Assembly (NCBI GenBank): GCA_964488685.1
Contig: CAZAVY010000008.1
Coordinates: 1-58,148, forward strand
Reading direction: 5' to 3'
DNA: 58,148 nucleotides
Origin: an uncultured Gammaproteobacteria bacterium
Lineage (GTDB): Bacteria > Pseudomonadota > Gammaproteobacteria > GCA-001735895
The translations under genes were made by a program, and so were the position numbers. The notes under the pieces are model-generated. The model saw only the letters and a program-made list of their open reading frames with translations. It searched no databases and was not told the origin of the DNA. Shown piece after piece: positions 40,377 to 50,592 of this stretch; positions within the stretch are counted from its first letter, which is position 1, and each line of letters begins with the position of its first letter.

Positions 40377-42097
40377 ACCTGAATCATTAATAGCGTTCTC
40401 AATCCACGTGTAAGGTTGGCTACACCCTGACGATGCTCGTCGAGAAGCTCCAGCATTGCACTTGTTTTAAAACGAGGATCCTGATTCGAGGCTAGCAGTG
40501 TCCTTGCCCAATCGTATAGCGGGCCTTTGATCCATTCACCAATCGGCGTCGTCGGCATCGTTTTTTTCTTGAATATCAAGTCATGCGGAAATTTTTGTGC
40601 GGCGTAATGTTTGAGAAAATATTTGCCCACCCCATTTTGAATTTTCTGCTCTCGAGGTAAACGCATCAACATTTCCGAGACTCGATGATCCATGAAAGGT
40701 GCGCGCCCTTCGGTCGACCAGCAGGCACCCATGCGATCGCCCTTGACGAGATTATTGCCGAGCATCAGGTACTTGCATTCGTAAGCCTGAATCTGTTCGG
40801 CCGGTTGCAACCGGGACCAGGGCGAGAGAATTTCGGCGAATCTTTCAGCCGGATCCCGCGTACTGTTGTTGAAATCAGGATCGAGCACGCGTTCACGAAT
40901 ATCCCGGCTCATATAGCAAATGACGTCGTAATATTGCTGTGGTGAAAATCGATTTCCAGCGTCATCGGCGAAATGGGCTTCATTGTGGGTGAAGCCGCAC
41001 ATCACTTCATCCGGACCATCACCGGTGAACATAACGATTTTTCCATCCCGGTTGGCCTGGCGCGCAAGAATATAGATCAGAAAGAAAGAGAAATCACCAT
41101 GCGGTTGCTCGGCATGATAGGAAACCTCGTCGGCAATTTCGGGAATCATGTCGGATGATATGCTTGCTTGCGAAAGACCAATTCCCATGTGATTGGCGGC
41201 TTGCACCGAGTATTCAAATTCAGAGTACTCGGATTCAACAAACTTGAGCCCTACCGCCTGCAATGGATCATTCATCCATTGTGGCTTCAAATGGCTTGCA
41301 ACAACCGACGAATCCACCCCGCCGGACAGGTACATCCCACCCGCGACATCGAAGCGCATTTGCAAACGCACTGCATCATCCAACATAATCTCCAGGTCAC
41401 GGTATTCGACATCCTGTTTTTCGGCAAATAAGGGCCAGTCCCAGTAACAGTGCTTACTATACGAACCATCGCCTGCCAACGACAGGTAATGGCCGGGTTC
41501 AAGCGCCGTGATGCCCTTAAAACAGGTATGGTCAGGCATTGCGTAGTTGAAGCACAATACTTCCTTAAGGGCTTCATCGTTGATTTCCCTGGAAAAATCC
41601 GGCAGCGACAGAATCGCCTTCATTTCGCTGGCAAACGCAAGCCCCTGTTTATATTGCGCGATAAAGCAGGGTTTGATGCCCTGCCGGTCGCGAGCCAGCA
41701 TTCCGCGTTGGATGTTGGTATCCCAGATAAAAAACGCGTACATGCCGATCAGGCGATCAAGCATTTTCTCGCCTTCTTCTTCCCACAGATGCACCAGCAC
41801 TTCGGTGTCGCATCGCGATTTAAACCGATGCCCCTTGGCTTTAAGCTCCTCGCGCAATTCGACATAATTATAAATTTCGCCGTTGAACGAAACCCATACG
41901 GTACCGTCCTCATTGCACATCGGCTGCATGCCGTTCTCCGGGTCTACCACTGCAAGGCGCACATGCCCCAACACGGTGGGGCCGATAATTTCGACCCCCT
42001 GTTCATCGATGCCACGATGATGGATCAGATCCACCATCGTCTTGACATGCTGTCGCTCGATGTCTGCCACGTTGAAAACGCCGGCTATTCCACACAT
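40352..42097 (-). CDS. AsnB-family glutamine amidotransferase (glycan amidation)
   Basis: MCGIAG, FNGEIYNY, LSGGVDSS, TGDGPDE, EGRAPFMD. Confidence 0.92.
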   Translation of the reverse strand: MCGIAGVFNVADIERQHVKTMVDLIHHRGIDEQGVEIIGPTVLGHVRLAVVDPENGMQPMCNEDGTVWVSFNGEIYNYVELREELKAKGHRFKSRCDTEVLVHLWEEEGEKMLDRLIGMYAFFIWDTNIQRGMLARDRQGIKPCFIAQYKQGLAFASEMKAILSLPDFSREINDEALKEVLCFNYAMPDHTCFKGITALEPGHYLSLAGDGSYSKHCYWDWPLFAEKQDVEYRDLEIMLDDAVRLQMRFDVAGGMYLSGGVDSSVVASHLKPQWMNDPLQAVGLKFVESEYSEFEYSVQAANHMGIGLSQASISSDMIPEIADEVSYHAEQPHGDFSFFLIYILARQANRDGKIVMFTGDGPDEVMCGFTHNEAHFADDAGNRFSPQQYYDVICYMSRDIRERVLDPDFNNSTRDPAERFAEILSPWSRLQPAEQIQAYECKYLMLGNNLVKGDRMGACWSTEGRAPFMDHRVSEMLMRLPREQKIQNGVGKYFLKHYAAQKFPHDLIFKKKTMPTTPIGEWIKGPLYDWARTLLASNQDPRFKTSAMLELLDEHRQGVANLTRGLRTLLMIQVWLRNYFP

Positions 42098-42109
42098 TTT
42101 CTTTTTTCC

Positions 42110-42682
42110 CTAGTTTACGTTCATTCCAAACAAAATGACCTTGACCGTTTTCAAAATAATCCTGGTATCGAGCAAGAAGTTATGGGTTCTTGCATACAGC
42201 AGGTCGTAATGAAGGCGATCTTCTAAACTGATATTTGATCGACCATTGACTTGTGCCAACCCGGTCATGCCAGGTCGCACTGAGTTTCTGAGCCTCCAGT
42301 CTTCGGCGCTATAATCCCTTTCCTGAATTTCCAGGTCCGGACGTGGTCCGACGACACTCATTTCCCCTTTCAGTACATTAAACAACTGTGGCAACTCATC
42401 GATACTGGTAGCCCTGATGAAATGCCCAACTCGGGTGATACGAGGGTCATTGTGCTGCGTATTATAGGATGCATCGAGATCACTTGAAACAAACATACTT
42501 CTGAATTTACAGATGGAGAATAGCTTGCCATCGAGACCCACGCGATTCTGGCGAAAGAATACCGGGCCGTTCGATTCGAATCGAATCATTAATCCGGCAA
42601 TCACCAGCAATGGTGATAAAACGACTAAAATTATTAAAGCGACAAGAATATCAACCAGGCGCTTCATTGGCCCTCGATTCAA
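42110..42682 (-). CDS. Monotopic phosphoglycosyl transferase (PglC-like)
   Basis: [50 protein letters not shown]. Confidence 0.93.
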   Translation of the reverse strand: MNRGPMKRLVDILVALIILVVLSPLLVIAGLMIRFESNGPVFFRQNRVGLDGKLFSICKFRSMFVSSDLDASYNTQHNDPRITRVGHFIRATSIDELPQLFNVLKGEMSVVGPRPDLEIQERDYSAEDWRLRNSVRPGMTGLAQVNGRSNISLEDRLHYDLLYARTHNFLLDTRIILKTVKVILFGMNVN

Positions 42683-43472
42683 CTACCTTTTTTACTGCTG
42701 TTTTGAAACGATCGCGATCGGAATCTATTTGCTGCTTGCCTCTCGTCAGGAAATTGTTAAATGTGCTTTTTAGCCTGGTAATTTCCTGCATCAAGCTACT
42801 ATCGCTATCAGAGTGTAGGTGCCGATTGAAGGTGCGAGACAAAATTACCGAGCTCGATCCCAGCCTGGCATGCTCGGACAACACCAGTTCAGCGGGTACG
42901 GCTCCCTCTTCCAGGCGCGCAATTCCGCCAAATCCAAAAGGAAGTCCGGCAAGCTTGATCGTTTCCACCATGGTATCGATTAGCCCGTCGGCAAGCGGTG
43001 CAAACATAAAGTTTAACCCCATATCCAGGTGCAAATCATTGAGACCGATATAGATTTCCGAGACACCGGGAATATTCACGATTTCGTTGAGTGAGTCGAC
43101 CGCCCCACAAGTTTCAACCAGAGGTATCGTCTTTACCCGATGATCAACTATACCTGTAAATTCGACGACCTCGGCGGCGCTGCGAAACATTGGTAACATC
43201 AAAATATCGGCGCCCTCGCCGATAGCCTCTTCGATTTCATGACTGGAACCAGCATGCATCGGATTGAGCCGTACGATCAACTCCGCGTTGGTGAGCGCCT
43301 TCCTAAGCGGTGCAATATCATCGATAGAATGAGTGCTGATCAACGTATCGAGGTGGCCCTGGCGCTCCGGTTTACCGATTCGTTCCAAATCAACGAATAT
43401 CCGGCTGACTCCGGCCGTTTCAGCGGAACTGGCCAGCACAGGATCATTGTTAATAGATATAAATTTGATCAC
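42651..43472 (-). CDS. HpcH/HpaI aldolase / citrate-lyase-beta family protein
   Basis: FVDLERIGK, PLVET, IYIGLNDL TIM-barrel motifs. Confidence 0.8.
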   Translation of the reverse strand: MIKFISINNDPVLASSAETAGVSRIFVDLERIGKPERQGHLDTLISTHSIDDIAPLRKALTNAELIVRLNPMHAGSSHEIEEAIGEGADILMLPMFRSAAEVVEFTGIVDHRVKTIPLVETCGAVDSLNEIVNIPGVSEIYIGLNDLHLDMGLNFMFAPLADGLIDTMVETIKLAGLPFGFGGIARLEEGAVPAELVLSEHARLGSSSVILSRTFNRHLHSDSDSSLMQEITRLKSTFNNFLTRGKQQIDSDRDRFKTAVKKVVESRANEAPG

Positions 43473-44917
43473 TGCAAATCAAATATTTTGGATAGGTAGG
43501 CCTTTCTTATATCCGAGTAAAACAAAGTCATTACGATCAGGCATACGACCGCGTTGAAACCCCCTAACATCAATTTAAGCCACGCATGCTGATCCAGTGA
43601 TGCAATTCCGTAACTCGAAAGCAGGCATATCACAATTGCACAAATCCCGCCTTTCAGGAACGCTCGATCCAGATAAATTTCGGTCAACCTATAGCGGACA
43701 AGCCTGAGTGCGAATAGTTGCAAAACCAGTATTAACGAAAAACTCGTGAGAAACCCCCACATGATTCCACCCAATCCCGTACCCAACAGGTTGAACTTTA
43801 ACAACACCAAAAAGAACAATAACCCGATTCCATTGATAATCATCGGTGTACGGGTATCGTTGCGTGAATTAAATAACGCCGTATTATAGATTGCCAACCC
43901 CTGAAAAGGCAGTACTAACAGTCCGATAGAAATTAGATAGGCAACCTGCGCTACATTTGCGACTGACATGTCGCCGTGTCCATAAACAAAAGTCGAATAC
44001 TCATCCGCTAGTAATAACAATGAAATTACTGCGACCATCGACAGCGCTAGTGTCGCCTGCGTTCCATATCGAACATATTGCTGGTGTAAGCCAGGATCTG
44101 ACGCAAAGCTTTGAGACAGTCTCGGGAACAACACTACAGACAGAAAACTGATACAAATTGCCATCGGCAGTTCGATCAGACGCATCGAGTAATTGAGTAC
44201 CGCAACGCTACCAACTTCATCAAATGAAGCAAATGCCCTGGCCACGACCGGGTACAAGAATAGCAAACTACCGGAAAACATCGCCTGGCAATACCTGACA
44301 AGCATTGTTCTTGTCAGCAACAGTGGCCCCAGATACTTTTGTGGTTGAAACACAGGACGAATAGCGACAGCCTGGCTCGCTAATCGTAATAATCCACCCA
44401 GGATTACAAATAACGCCAATAATTCCATAGAAACCCGGTTGGTTAGCACCAGGTATAGACCGGCTATGATTGAAATATTCACCACCAGTGTGCCAAGCGA
44501 GGCAACGATGAATTTGTTTCGAGAATGCAGGTAGGCGGTTGTGGTCCCGGCCAGTACCGTTAAAGGAATCAACCAAAGAACTAAATCTAATGCCTTAGCA
44601 GCACTACTTACTTGTACCGCACTAAATCCGGGAACCAGAATCGATACCAGTAATTTGGCCTGCCAACTCAATCCCGCCGCAATAAGACAAAAAACAACCG
44701 CGAAAACCAGCATCGCTTGAGATAACAGCATCCGGGCTTTATCAGGAGATTGCGTGAACGCGGGCACTAATACGGCCCCCATCGCCCCACCCATTAATAT
44801 ACTGACCATCAGGTCGGGAACGGAGAGCATCAAAACAACGATATCGGCTTCGAGAGAAACACCAAAGTTTGCTGCAACGAGCGTTTCTCTAAAAAAACCG
44901 GATAACCTCCCAAGCAA
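43469..44917 (-). CDS. MurJ/MviN-family lipid-linked glycan flippase
   Basis: LGRLSGFFRE, many TMs, DTRTP; frame stays open upstream, so the start is uncertain. Confidence 0.85.
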   Translation of the reverse strand: MLGRLSGFFRETLVAANFGVSLEADIVVLMLSVPDLMVSILMGGAMGAVLVPAFTQSPDKARMLLSQAMLVFAVVFCLIAAGLSWQAKLLVSILVPGFSAVQVSSAAKALDLVLWLIPLTVLAGTTTAYLHSRNKFIVASLGTLVVNISIIAGLYLVLTNRVSMELLALFVILGGLLRLASQAVAIRPVFQPQKYLGPLLLTRTMLVRYCQAMFSGSLLFLYPVVARAFASFDEVGSVAVLNYSMRLIELPMAICISFLSVVLFPRLSQSFASDPGLHQQYVRYGTQATLALSMVAVISLLLLADEYSTFVYGHGDMSVANVAQVAYLISIGLLVLPFQGLAIYNTALFNSRNDTRTPMIINGIGLLFFLVLLKFNLLGTGLGGIMWGFLTSFSLILVLQLFALRLVRYRLTEIYLDRAFLKGGICAIVICLLSSYGIASLDQHAWLKLMLGGFNAVVCLIVMTLFYSDIRKAYLSKIFDLQ

Positions 44918-45228
44918 AAGCCCAATATTCAGGCTAATTGAGGAAATTATTATTTGTCGCAGTACTATGGTGCCTTCCTCATGAACGGGGGCAATTTCCT
45001 TTTGCCAATTGCTTAGGGGTATCTTGTGAATTTGTAATTATCTGCCATTGCGGTAGAAAATTGCACTTGAATTCTCTAGGTTCTTGTCATCCAGGGCAAA
45101 ATACACAACCCGGAAATCCCTTCCACTATACAAGTGATTTATAGATATCCAGATTATTATCGCTCCTTCCTAGTACGGCAGTTTTATAAAAGGGGTAAAC
45201 TGGTGAGGACAAACAGGTACTTTATTTA

Positions 45229-45360
45229 GGGAACCTCTTTTAATTCGTCGTTGCGAGAAGCGGTAACCACGTGGCAATCTATAACTATCTGATTATATTG
45301 GAAAAGATTGCCGTGCTGCGCTCGCAATGACGGAAATTTATAACTTAATCAGAGGTTCCT
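45229..45360. mobile_element. 132-bp MITE-like palindromic element
   Basis: Imperfect TIRs GGGAACCTCTTTTAA / TTAATCAGAGGTTCCT, TA on both flanks, internal IR CGTCGTTGCGAG..GGCAATCT / AGATTGCC..CTCGCAATGACG. Confidence 0.75.
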
Positions 45361-45640
45361 TAGTATAGAAATTTGAGAACCATTAGTTGTTACCATATTG
45401 TAATTTTACCCAAATAGTAACTAAATCCTTTATCTTTCCCCATTAATAGTCAAATATGAAATGAACCCGCTACCCTTCGGATGTCGTGAAGTAACTGAAT
45501 ACTAAAGGTTTAGCCGAGTCAGGTTTTGAAGTATTTACCGAAAACAGAAATCATTTAAATGCAGATATGATAAGAAATTAACCCTTATCAGAGGACCGGG
45601 CGTCGAGTCTGAATAAAAATTAAGTGCAGGTTAGTTAATC

Positions 45641-46693
45641 ATGGTTGAAGACATAAAAGGCAGGAAGATTCGAGTTGCCGTAGTGGGCTGTGGAAAGATT
45701 TCCACGAATCATTTTGCTTCCATCGAGAAACATTCCGGTGATCTGGAACTAGTCGCTGTCCGTGACAATTGTGAGAAGACACTGAGCGTGGCCCTGGATA
45801 AGTACAAGGTCAAGGGCTTTACATCCCTTAGCGAGATGTTGGCCGCGATCGATCTGGATGCCATCACACTTTGCACACCATCCGGACTCCATTCTGGCCA
45901 GGCAATCGAAATAGCGGCGGCCGGGAAACATGTCATCAGTGAAAAACCCATGGCTACTCGCTGGAAGGACGGAGTAGACATGGTAAAGGCCTGTGATCGA
46001 GCGGGCGTCCGACTATTTGTAGTTAAACAAAATCGGCGTAACACTACCCTGCAATTGTTGAAACGTGCGCTGAATGAAGGTCGGTTCGGGCGAATTTTCA
46101 TGGTCAATCTCAATGTTTTCTGGACCCGGCCACAGGAATATTATGACTCGGCCAAATGGCGTGGTACCTGGGAACTTGATGGTGGCGCATTCATGAACCA
46201 GGCTAGCCACTACGTGGATTTGATCGATTGGTTAATCGGGCCTGTTGAAAAAATTCAGGCCATGACAGGAACCCTGGCACGGGATATCGAGGTCGAAGAT
46301 ACGGGTGTGCTGAACATAAAGTGGCGTAATGGTGCCATAGGCTCTATGAACGTAACCATGCTTACCTATCCTAAAAACTACGAAGGCTCGATCACAGTCC
46401 TGGGCGAAAAGGGGACTGCCAGGATAGGTGGAATAGCCGTAAATGAAATTCAACACTGGGAGTTTGAGGATCTCAGGGATTACGATGATGATGTCAATAA
46501 CGCCAGTTATGAGACTACTTCAGTCTATGGCTTTGGCCACCCCCTATATTATAAAAATGTTGTTGACGTTTTACGCGGCGATGCCGAACAGGAAACGGAT
46601 GGCCGCGAAGGGCTCAGGTCATTGGAAATATTGATCGCTGCATATCTTTCAGCCCGGGATGGGAAAACCATATCACTACCACTCGATTACTAG
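45641..46693 (+). CDS. wbpB: UDP-GlcNAcA 3-dehydrogenase (WbpB/WlbA)
   Basis: [38 protein letters not shown]. Confidence 0.92.
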   Translation: MVEDIKGRKIRVAVVGCGKISTNHFASIEKHSGDLELVAVRDNCEKTLSVALDKYKVKGFTSLSEMLAAIDLDAITLCTPSGLHSGQAIEIAAAGKHVISEKPMATRWKDGVDMVKACDRAGVRLFVVKQNRRNTTLQLLKRALNEGRFGRIFMVNLNVFWTRPQEYYDSAKWRGTWELDGGAFMNQASHYVDLIDWLIGPVEKIQAMTGTLARDIEVEDTGVLNIKWRNGAIGSMNVTMLTYPKNYEGSITVLGEKGTARIGGIAVNEIQHWEFEDLRDYDDDVNNASYETTSVYGFGHPLYYKNVVDVLRGDAEQETDGREGLRSLEILIAAYLSARDGKTISLPLDY

Positions 46694-46727
46694 TATCTGC
46701 AAGATTAAATTTTTTAAAACAGAAATC

Positions 46728-47300
46728 ATGAACTATAAATTACACGAAACCGCTATTATCGATGAAGGGGCCAATATTGGCTCGGGCTCCCGTATCTGGC
46801 ACTGGGTTCATATCTGTAGTGGCGCTGTCATAGGCGAAGATTGCAGCCTGGGACAAAACGTGTTTGTAGGCAACACGGTAAAAATTGGAAATAATGTAAA
46901 AATACAAAATAATGTTTCGGTGTACGATAACGTCACCCTTGAAGATAACGTGTTTTGTGGCCCTAGCATGGTATTTACCAATGTATATAATCCACGATCT
47001 GCTGTATCACGAAAAGATCAATACCGTGATACTCTGGTGAAAAAGGGAGCAACCCTTGGGGCAAACTGCACCCTAATTTGTGGCATAACAGTTGGCCAAT
47101 TCGCCTTCGTCGCTGCAGGCGCTGTAGTTAATCGTAATGTTCCGGACTATGCGCTAGTGGCCGGGGTACCAGCACAGCAGATCGGCTGGATGAGTGCCTA
47201 TGGGGAACGCCTGGATCTGCCGTTAGAGGGGAATGTGCAGGTAACCTGCCCGAATACAGGTGAGCGTTATCATCTGGCCGGCAAGCAATTAAGCCGATAG
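46728..47300 (+). CDS. wbpD: UDP-GlcNAc3NA N-acetyltransferase (WbpD/WlbB)
   Basis: [40 protein letters not shown]. Confidence 0.92.
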   Translation: MNYKLHETAIIDEGANIGSGSRIWHWVHICSGAVIGEDCSLGQNVFVGNTVKIGNNVKIQNNVSVYDNVTLEDNVFCGPSMVFTNVYNPRSAVSRKDQYRDTLVKKGATLGANCTLICGITVGQFAFVAAGAVVNRNVPDYALVAGVPAQQIGWMSAYGERLDLPLEGNVQVTCPNTGERYHLAGKQLSR

Positions 47301-47368
47301 TGCAGGTTCTGATAAATCAATAATTTAGATTATCGCGCTCACAATGAGTGCCAAAGCGTTTATTGTCG

Positions 47369-48439
47369 ATGACCGTTTACACAAAACTCCAGAACCAATT
47401 GAGATCCAGTCAGAATACCTGGCTCGTTACCGGTGCGGCCGGGTTTGTTGGCTCTAATCTGGTAGAAAAACTCCTAACCTTAAACCAGAAAGTTGTTGGC
47501 CTTGACAATTTTGAGACCGGTTACCAACATAACCTGGACCAGGCTGTCAGAGATGCATTGCAACAAACTTCTTCAACAATAGTAAGATCTGAAAACGGAA
47601 GCATCAAAATTGAACACGAAAATTTCCGGTTTATAGAAGGAGACATCCGTAATCTGGTAGATTGTCAAACAGCCTGCGATGGCGTAGATTACGTTCTTCA
47701 CCAGGCTGCTCTGGGCTCAATATCAAGATCAATAGAAGATCCCGTACGTACAAATAAGGCCAATATAGACGGTTTCCTAAATATGCTTGTATCCGCAAGG
47801 GATGCCTGCGTAAAACGACTTGTATATGCGACCTCCAGTTCCACCTATGGCGATAGTGCTATACTACCCAAAATCGAAGCTGAAACCGGTAAGCCGCTTA
47901 ACCCATACGCAGTCACAAAAATCGTCAACGAATTATACGCGAGCGTATTTTCAAAGACTTATGGCTTCGATTCGATCGGTTTGAGATATTTCAATATTTT
48001 CGGCAAACGACAAAACCCCGACGGTGATTATGCGGCTGTAATTCCAAAATGGATCACCTCGATACACAAAGGTGACCCTGTTTTCATTAATGGAGATGGC
48101 AATACCAGCAGGGACTTCTGTTTTATCGAAAATGCTATACAAATGAATTTGCTCGCTGCAACCGCAAATTCGGCTGACGCGAGCAATCAGGTTTACAATG
48201 TTGCAGTCGGTGGGCGTACTACTTTACGTGACCTGTATGAACTGATCACTTCACACCCGGAGCTGTCAGAAGCAAACCTTTGCTACCGTGATTTTCGTAT
48301 CGGTGATATGCATCACTCTCAAGCTGACATTAGCAAGGCTGAAAAGCTATTGGGATATCGTCCAAGTCATACGCTCGAACAGGGATTGCGTGAAGCTATA
48401 CCCTGGTACCTCGAAGCATTTGCCAGTAAATGTTGCTAG
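47369..48439 (+). CDS. UDP-GlcNAc(A) 4-epimerase (WbpP/TviC-like)
   Basis: [38 protein letters not shown]. Confidence 0.9.
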   Translation: MTVYTKLQNQLRSSQNTWLVTGAAGFVGSNLVEKLLTLNQKVVGLDNFETGYQHNLDQAVRDALQQTSSTIVRSENGSIKIEHENFRFIEGDIRNLVDCQTACDGVDYVLHQAALGSISRSIEDPVRTNKANIDGFLNMLVSARDACVKRLVYATSSSTYGDSAILPKIEAETGKPLNPYAVTKIVNELYASVFSKTYGFDSIGLRYFNIFGKRQNPDGDYAAVIPKWITSIHKGDPVFINGDGNTSRDFCFIENAIQMNLLAATANSADASNQVYNVAVGGRTTLRDLYELITSHPELSEANLCYRDFRIGDMHHSQADISKAEKLLGYRPSHTLEQGLREAIPWYLEAFASKCC

Positions 48440-48504
48440 TAGTGTTAGCAGGTTAGTTGCGGTAACGATTGCAGAAAAATTATCCGACCGGTATCGATAG
48501 ATTC

Positions 48505-49608
48505 ATGCGCATAAAAATCGTAACAATCATAGGCGCACGGCCACAATTTATAAAGGCAGCCGCAGTATCCCGGGTAATTCGAAACAGTTACGGTGCCAGG
48601 ATAGACGAAGTCCTTATTCATACAGGCCAGCACTACGACAATAATATGTCCAGGGTTTTTTTTGATGAACTGGATATCCCGAAACCCAAGTACGATCTGG
48701 AAATTTCAAGTGTGTCACACGGAGCTATGACTGGACGCATGCTTGAACGTATCGAGCAGGTGCTGCAAAAGGAAAAACCAGATTGGGTTCTTGTATATGG
48801 AGATACGAATTCAACGCTGGCAGGGGCGTTGGCTGCTGCCAAACTTCATATTCCTGTCGCCCATGTCGAGGCTGGGCTACGTTCGTTTAACATGAAAATG
48901 CCCGAAGAAATAAACAGGATCCTCACCGACCGGGTCTCCACCCAGCTGTTTTGCCCTAGTCAAACTGCGGTAGCAAACCTTGAAGCTGAAGGGGTAAGCG
49001 AGGGGGTTATAAACACCGGGGATGTTATGTATGATGTCGCTCTTTTTTACAAGGAAAAAGCACTCAGGCATTGCTCGATTCATCAAGTTTTAGGGATCGA
49101 GAAAAATGATTTTGCATTGTCAACCTGTCACCGGGCAGAAAATACTGACGATCCGGATCGGCTATCAGAGATCCTGGCAGCGCTGTCCAGAGTGTCACTT
49201 GACATCCCGGTGGTTTTACCGCTTCATCCGCGGACCCGGGATCTCGTCGATAAGTATCGAATGTCACAGTACCTGGAATCACTGATAGTAATCGAGCCTT
49301 TACCCTATCTCGATATGGTCGCGCTGGAACAGTCTGCAAAATTGATACTGACGGATTCGGGCGGTGTACAGAAAGAGGCATTTTTTTACCGGGTGCCCTG
49401 TATCACAATGCGTGACGAAACAGAATGGGTTGAAACCGTCGCTTCAGGCTGGAATTCGATCGCAGGCGCATCATGTGAACGAATCTGTTCTTCGGTTAGT
49501 AGAATTCTAAACGACGGTTTATGCACAAAGGAAATAAACCCTTATGGCGACGGGGAGGCAGCGCAGAATATGCTGTCCCATCTGGTCAGGCATTACGAGA
49601 CTGAATAG
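48505..49608 (+). CDS. wbpI: Non-hydrolysing UDP-diNAc-uronate 2-epimerase (WbpI/WlbD-like)
   Basis: GARPQFIKAA, HTGQHYD, YGDTNSTLAG, NMKMPEEINR, TDSGGVQKEA. Confidence 0.85.
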   Translation: MRIKIVTIIGARPQFIKAAAVSRVIRNSYGARIDEVLIHTGQHYDNNMSRVFFDELDIPKPKYDLEISSVSHGAMTGRMLERIEQVLQKEKPDWVLVYGDTNSTLAGALAAAKLHIPVAHVEAGLRSFNMKMPEEINRILTDRVSTQLFCPSQTAVANLEAEGVSEGVINTGDVMYDVALFYKEKALRHCSIHQVLGIEKNDFALSTCHRAENTDDPDRLSEILAALSRVSLDIPVVLPLHPRTRDLVDKYRMSQYLESLIVIEPLPYLDMVALEQSAKLILTDSGGVQKEAFFYRVPCITMRDETEWVETVASGWNSIAGASCERICSSVSRILNDGLCTKEINPYGDGEAAQNMLSHLVRHYETE

Positions 49609-49643
49609 CAGTTGAAAGATAATTTTAATGAGGAATAATTGAA

Positions 49644-50582
49644 ATGAAGGTTTTTGTTTCTGGCGGTTTGGGACAAATTGGGTCCCATATTATTGAAATG
49701 CTGCTTGAGCGTGGCGATGAAGTACTTACCGTTGACAATTTGGCGACAGGACGCCGCGAACATCTTGAGGATCACGAAAATTTACGCGTTGTTATCGACA
49801 CAATAGCTGATAAACAGCTTATCGATGATCTTGTTTCTGATTTTCGGCCCGATGTTCTGATTCATACCGCCTGTTCATACAAGGATCCTGACGACTGGTA
49901 TAACGATACGCTAACCAACTGTGTAGGTGGGGCGAACCTGGTTACGGCGGCCAGGGATTTAGGGGTCAAGCGTTTCGTCTATTTTCAAACAGCACTCTGT
50001 TACGGGCTTAAACCGATACAGCAGCCGATACGACTGGATCACCCAATCCGTCCAGCACTCAACAGTTATGCCGTATCGAAAACTGCCAATGAAGATTATT
50101 TGGCCATGTCGGGAATTGACTATGTGACCTTTCGCCTGGCAAATGTAATTGGTCCAAGAAATGTAGCAGGACCCTTGCCAATCTTCTACCAACGCCTAAA
50201 AGATGGAAAGCAATGTTTTGTAACAAATTCGAGGCGCGATTTTGTATTTGTCAAGGATCTGGCAAAGGTTGTGTTACAGGCATGCGACGGGGTCGGTCAG
50301 GGTGCCTACCATTTTTCATCAGGCACTGATGTGACTATCCAGGAACTTTATGATGCTGTAGTGAGAGCTATGGGAATTGAAGATGCGCCAAAAGCTGATG
50401 TTCTTGAACTGGCACCGGACGATGTGTTTTCGATACTACTGGATCCCTCCATGACTTTTGAGGATTTTGGCGCGATCGAATTTACACCGATCAATGAAAC
50501 CGTTCGTGCAGGCATCGATTATTATCAGCAACACGGAACCTTGGGCGAATACACGCACCTGCATATGCAGGAAGAAAATTGA
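49644..50582 (+). CDS. wbmH: Extended SDR, homologue of Bordetella WbmH
   Basis: GQIGSHI, SYKDPDDWYNDTLTNCVGG, FQTALCYG, SYAVSK closely match recalled WbmH sequence. Confidence 0.85.
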   Translation: MKVFVSGGLGQIGSHIIEMLLERGDEVLTVDNLATGRREHLEDHENLRVVIDTIADKQLIDDLVSDFRPDVLIHTACSYKDPDDWYNDTLTNCVGGANLVTAARDLGVKRFVYFQTALCYGLKPIQQPIRLDHPIRPALNSYAVSKTANEDYLAMSGIDYVTFRLANVIGPRNVAGPLPIFYQRLKDGKQCFVTNSRRDFVFVKDLAKVVLQACDGVGQGAYHFSSGTDVTIQELYDAVVRAMGIEDAPKADVLELAPDDVFSILLDPSMTFEDFGAIEFTPINETVRAGIDYYQQHGTLGEYTHLHMQEEN

Positions 50583-50592
50583 GTAACTTGCT

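Noticed and set aside
45040-45480. ops/JUMPstart-like sequences (TGCGGTAG near 45050; GGGTAGCG on minus near 45470)
   Set aside because: Only partial matches to GGCGGTAG with no JUMPstart context
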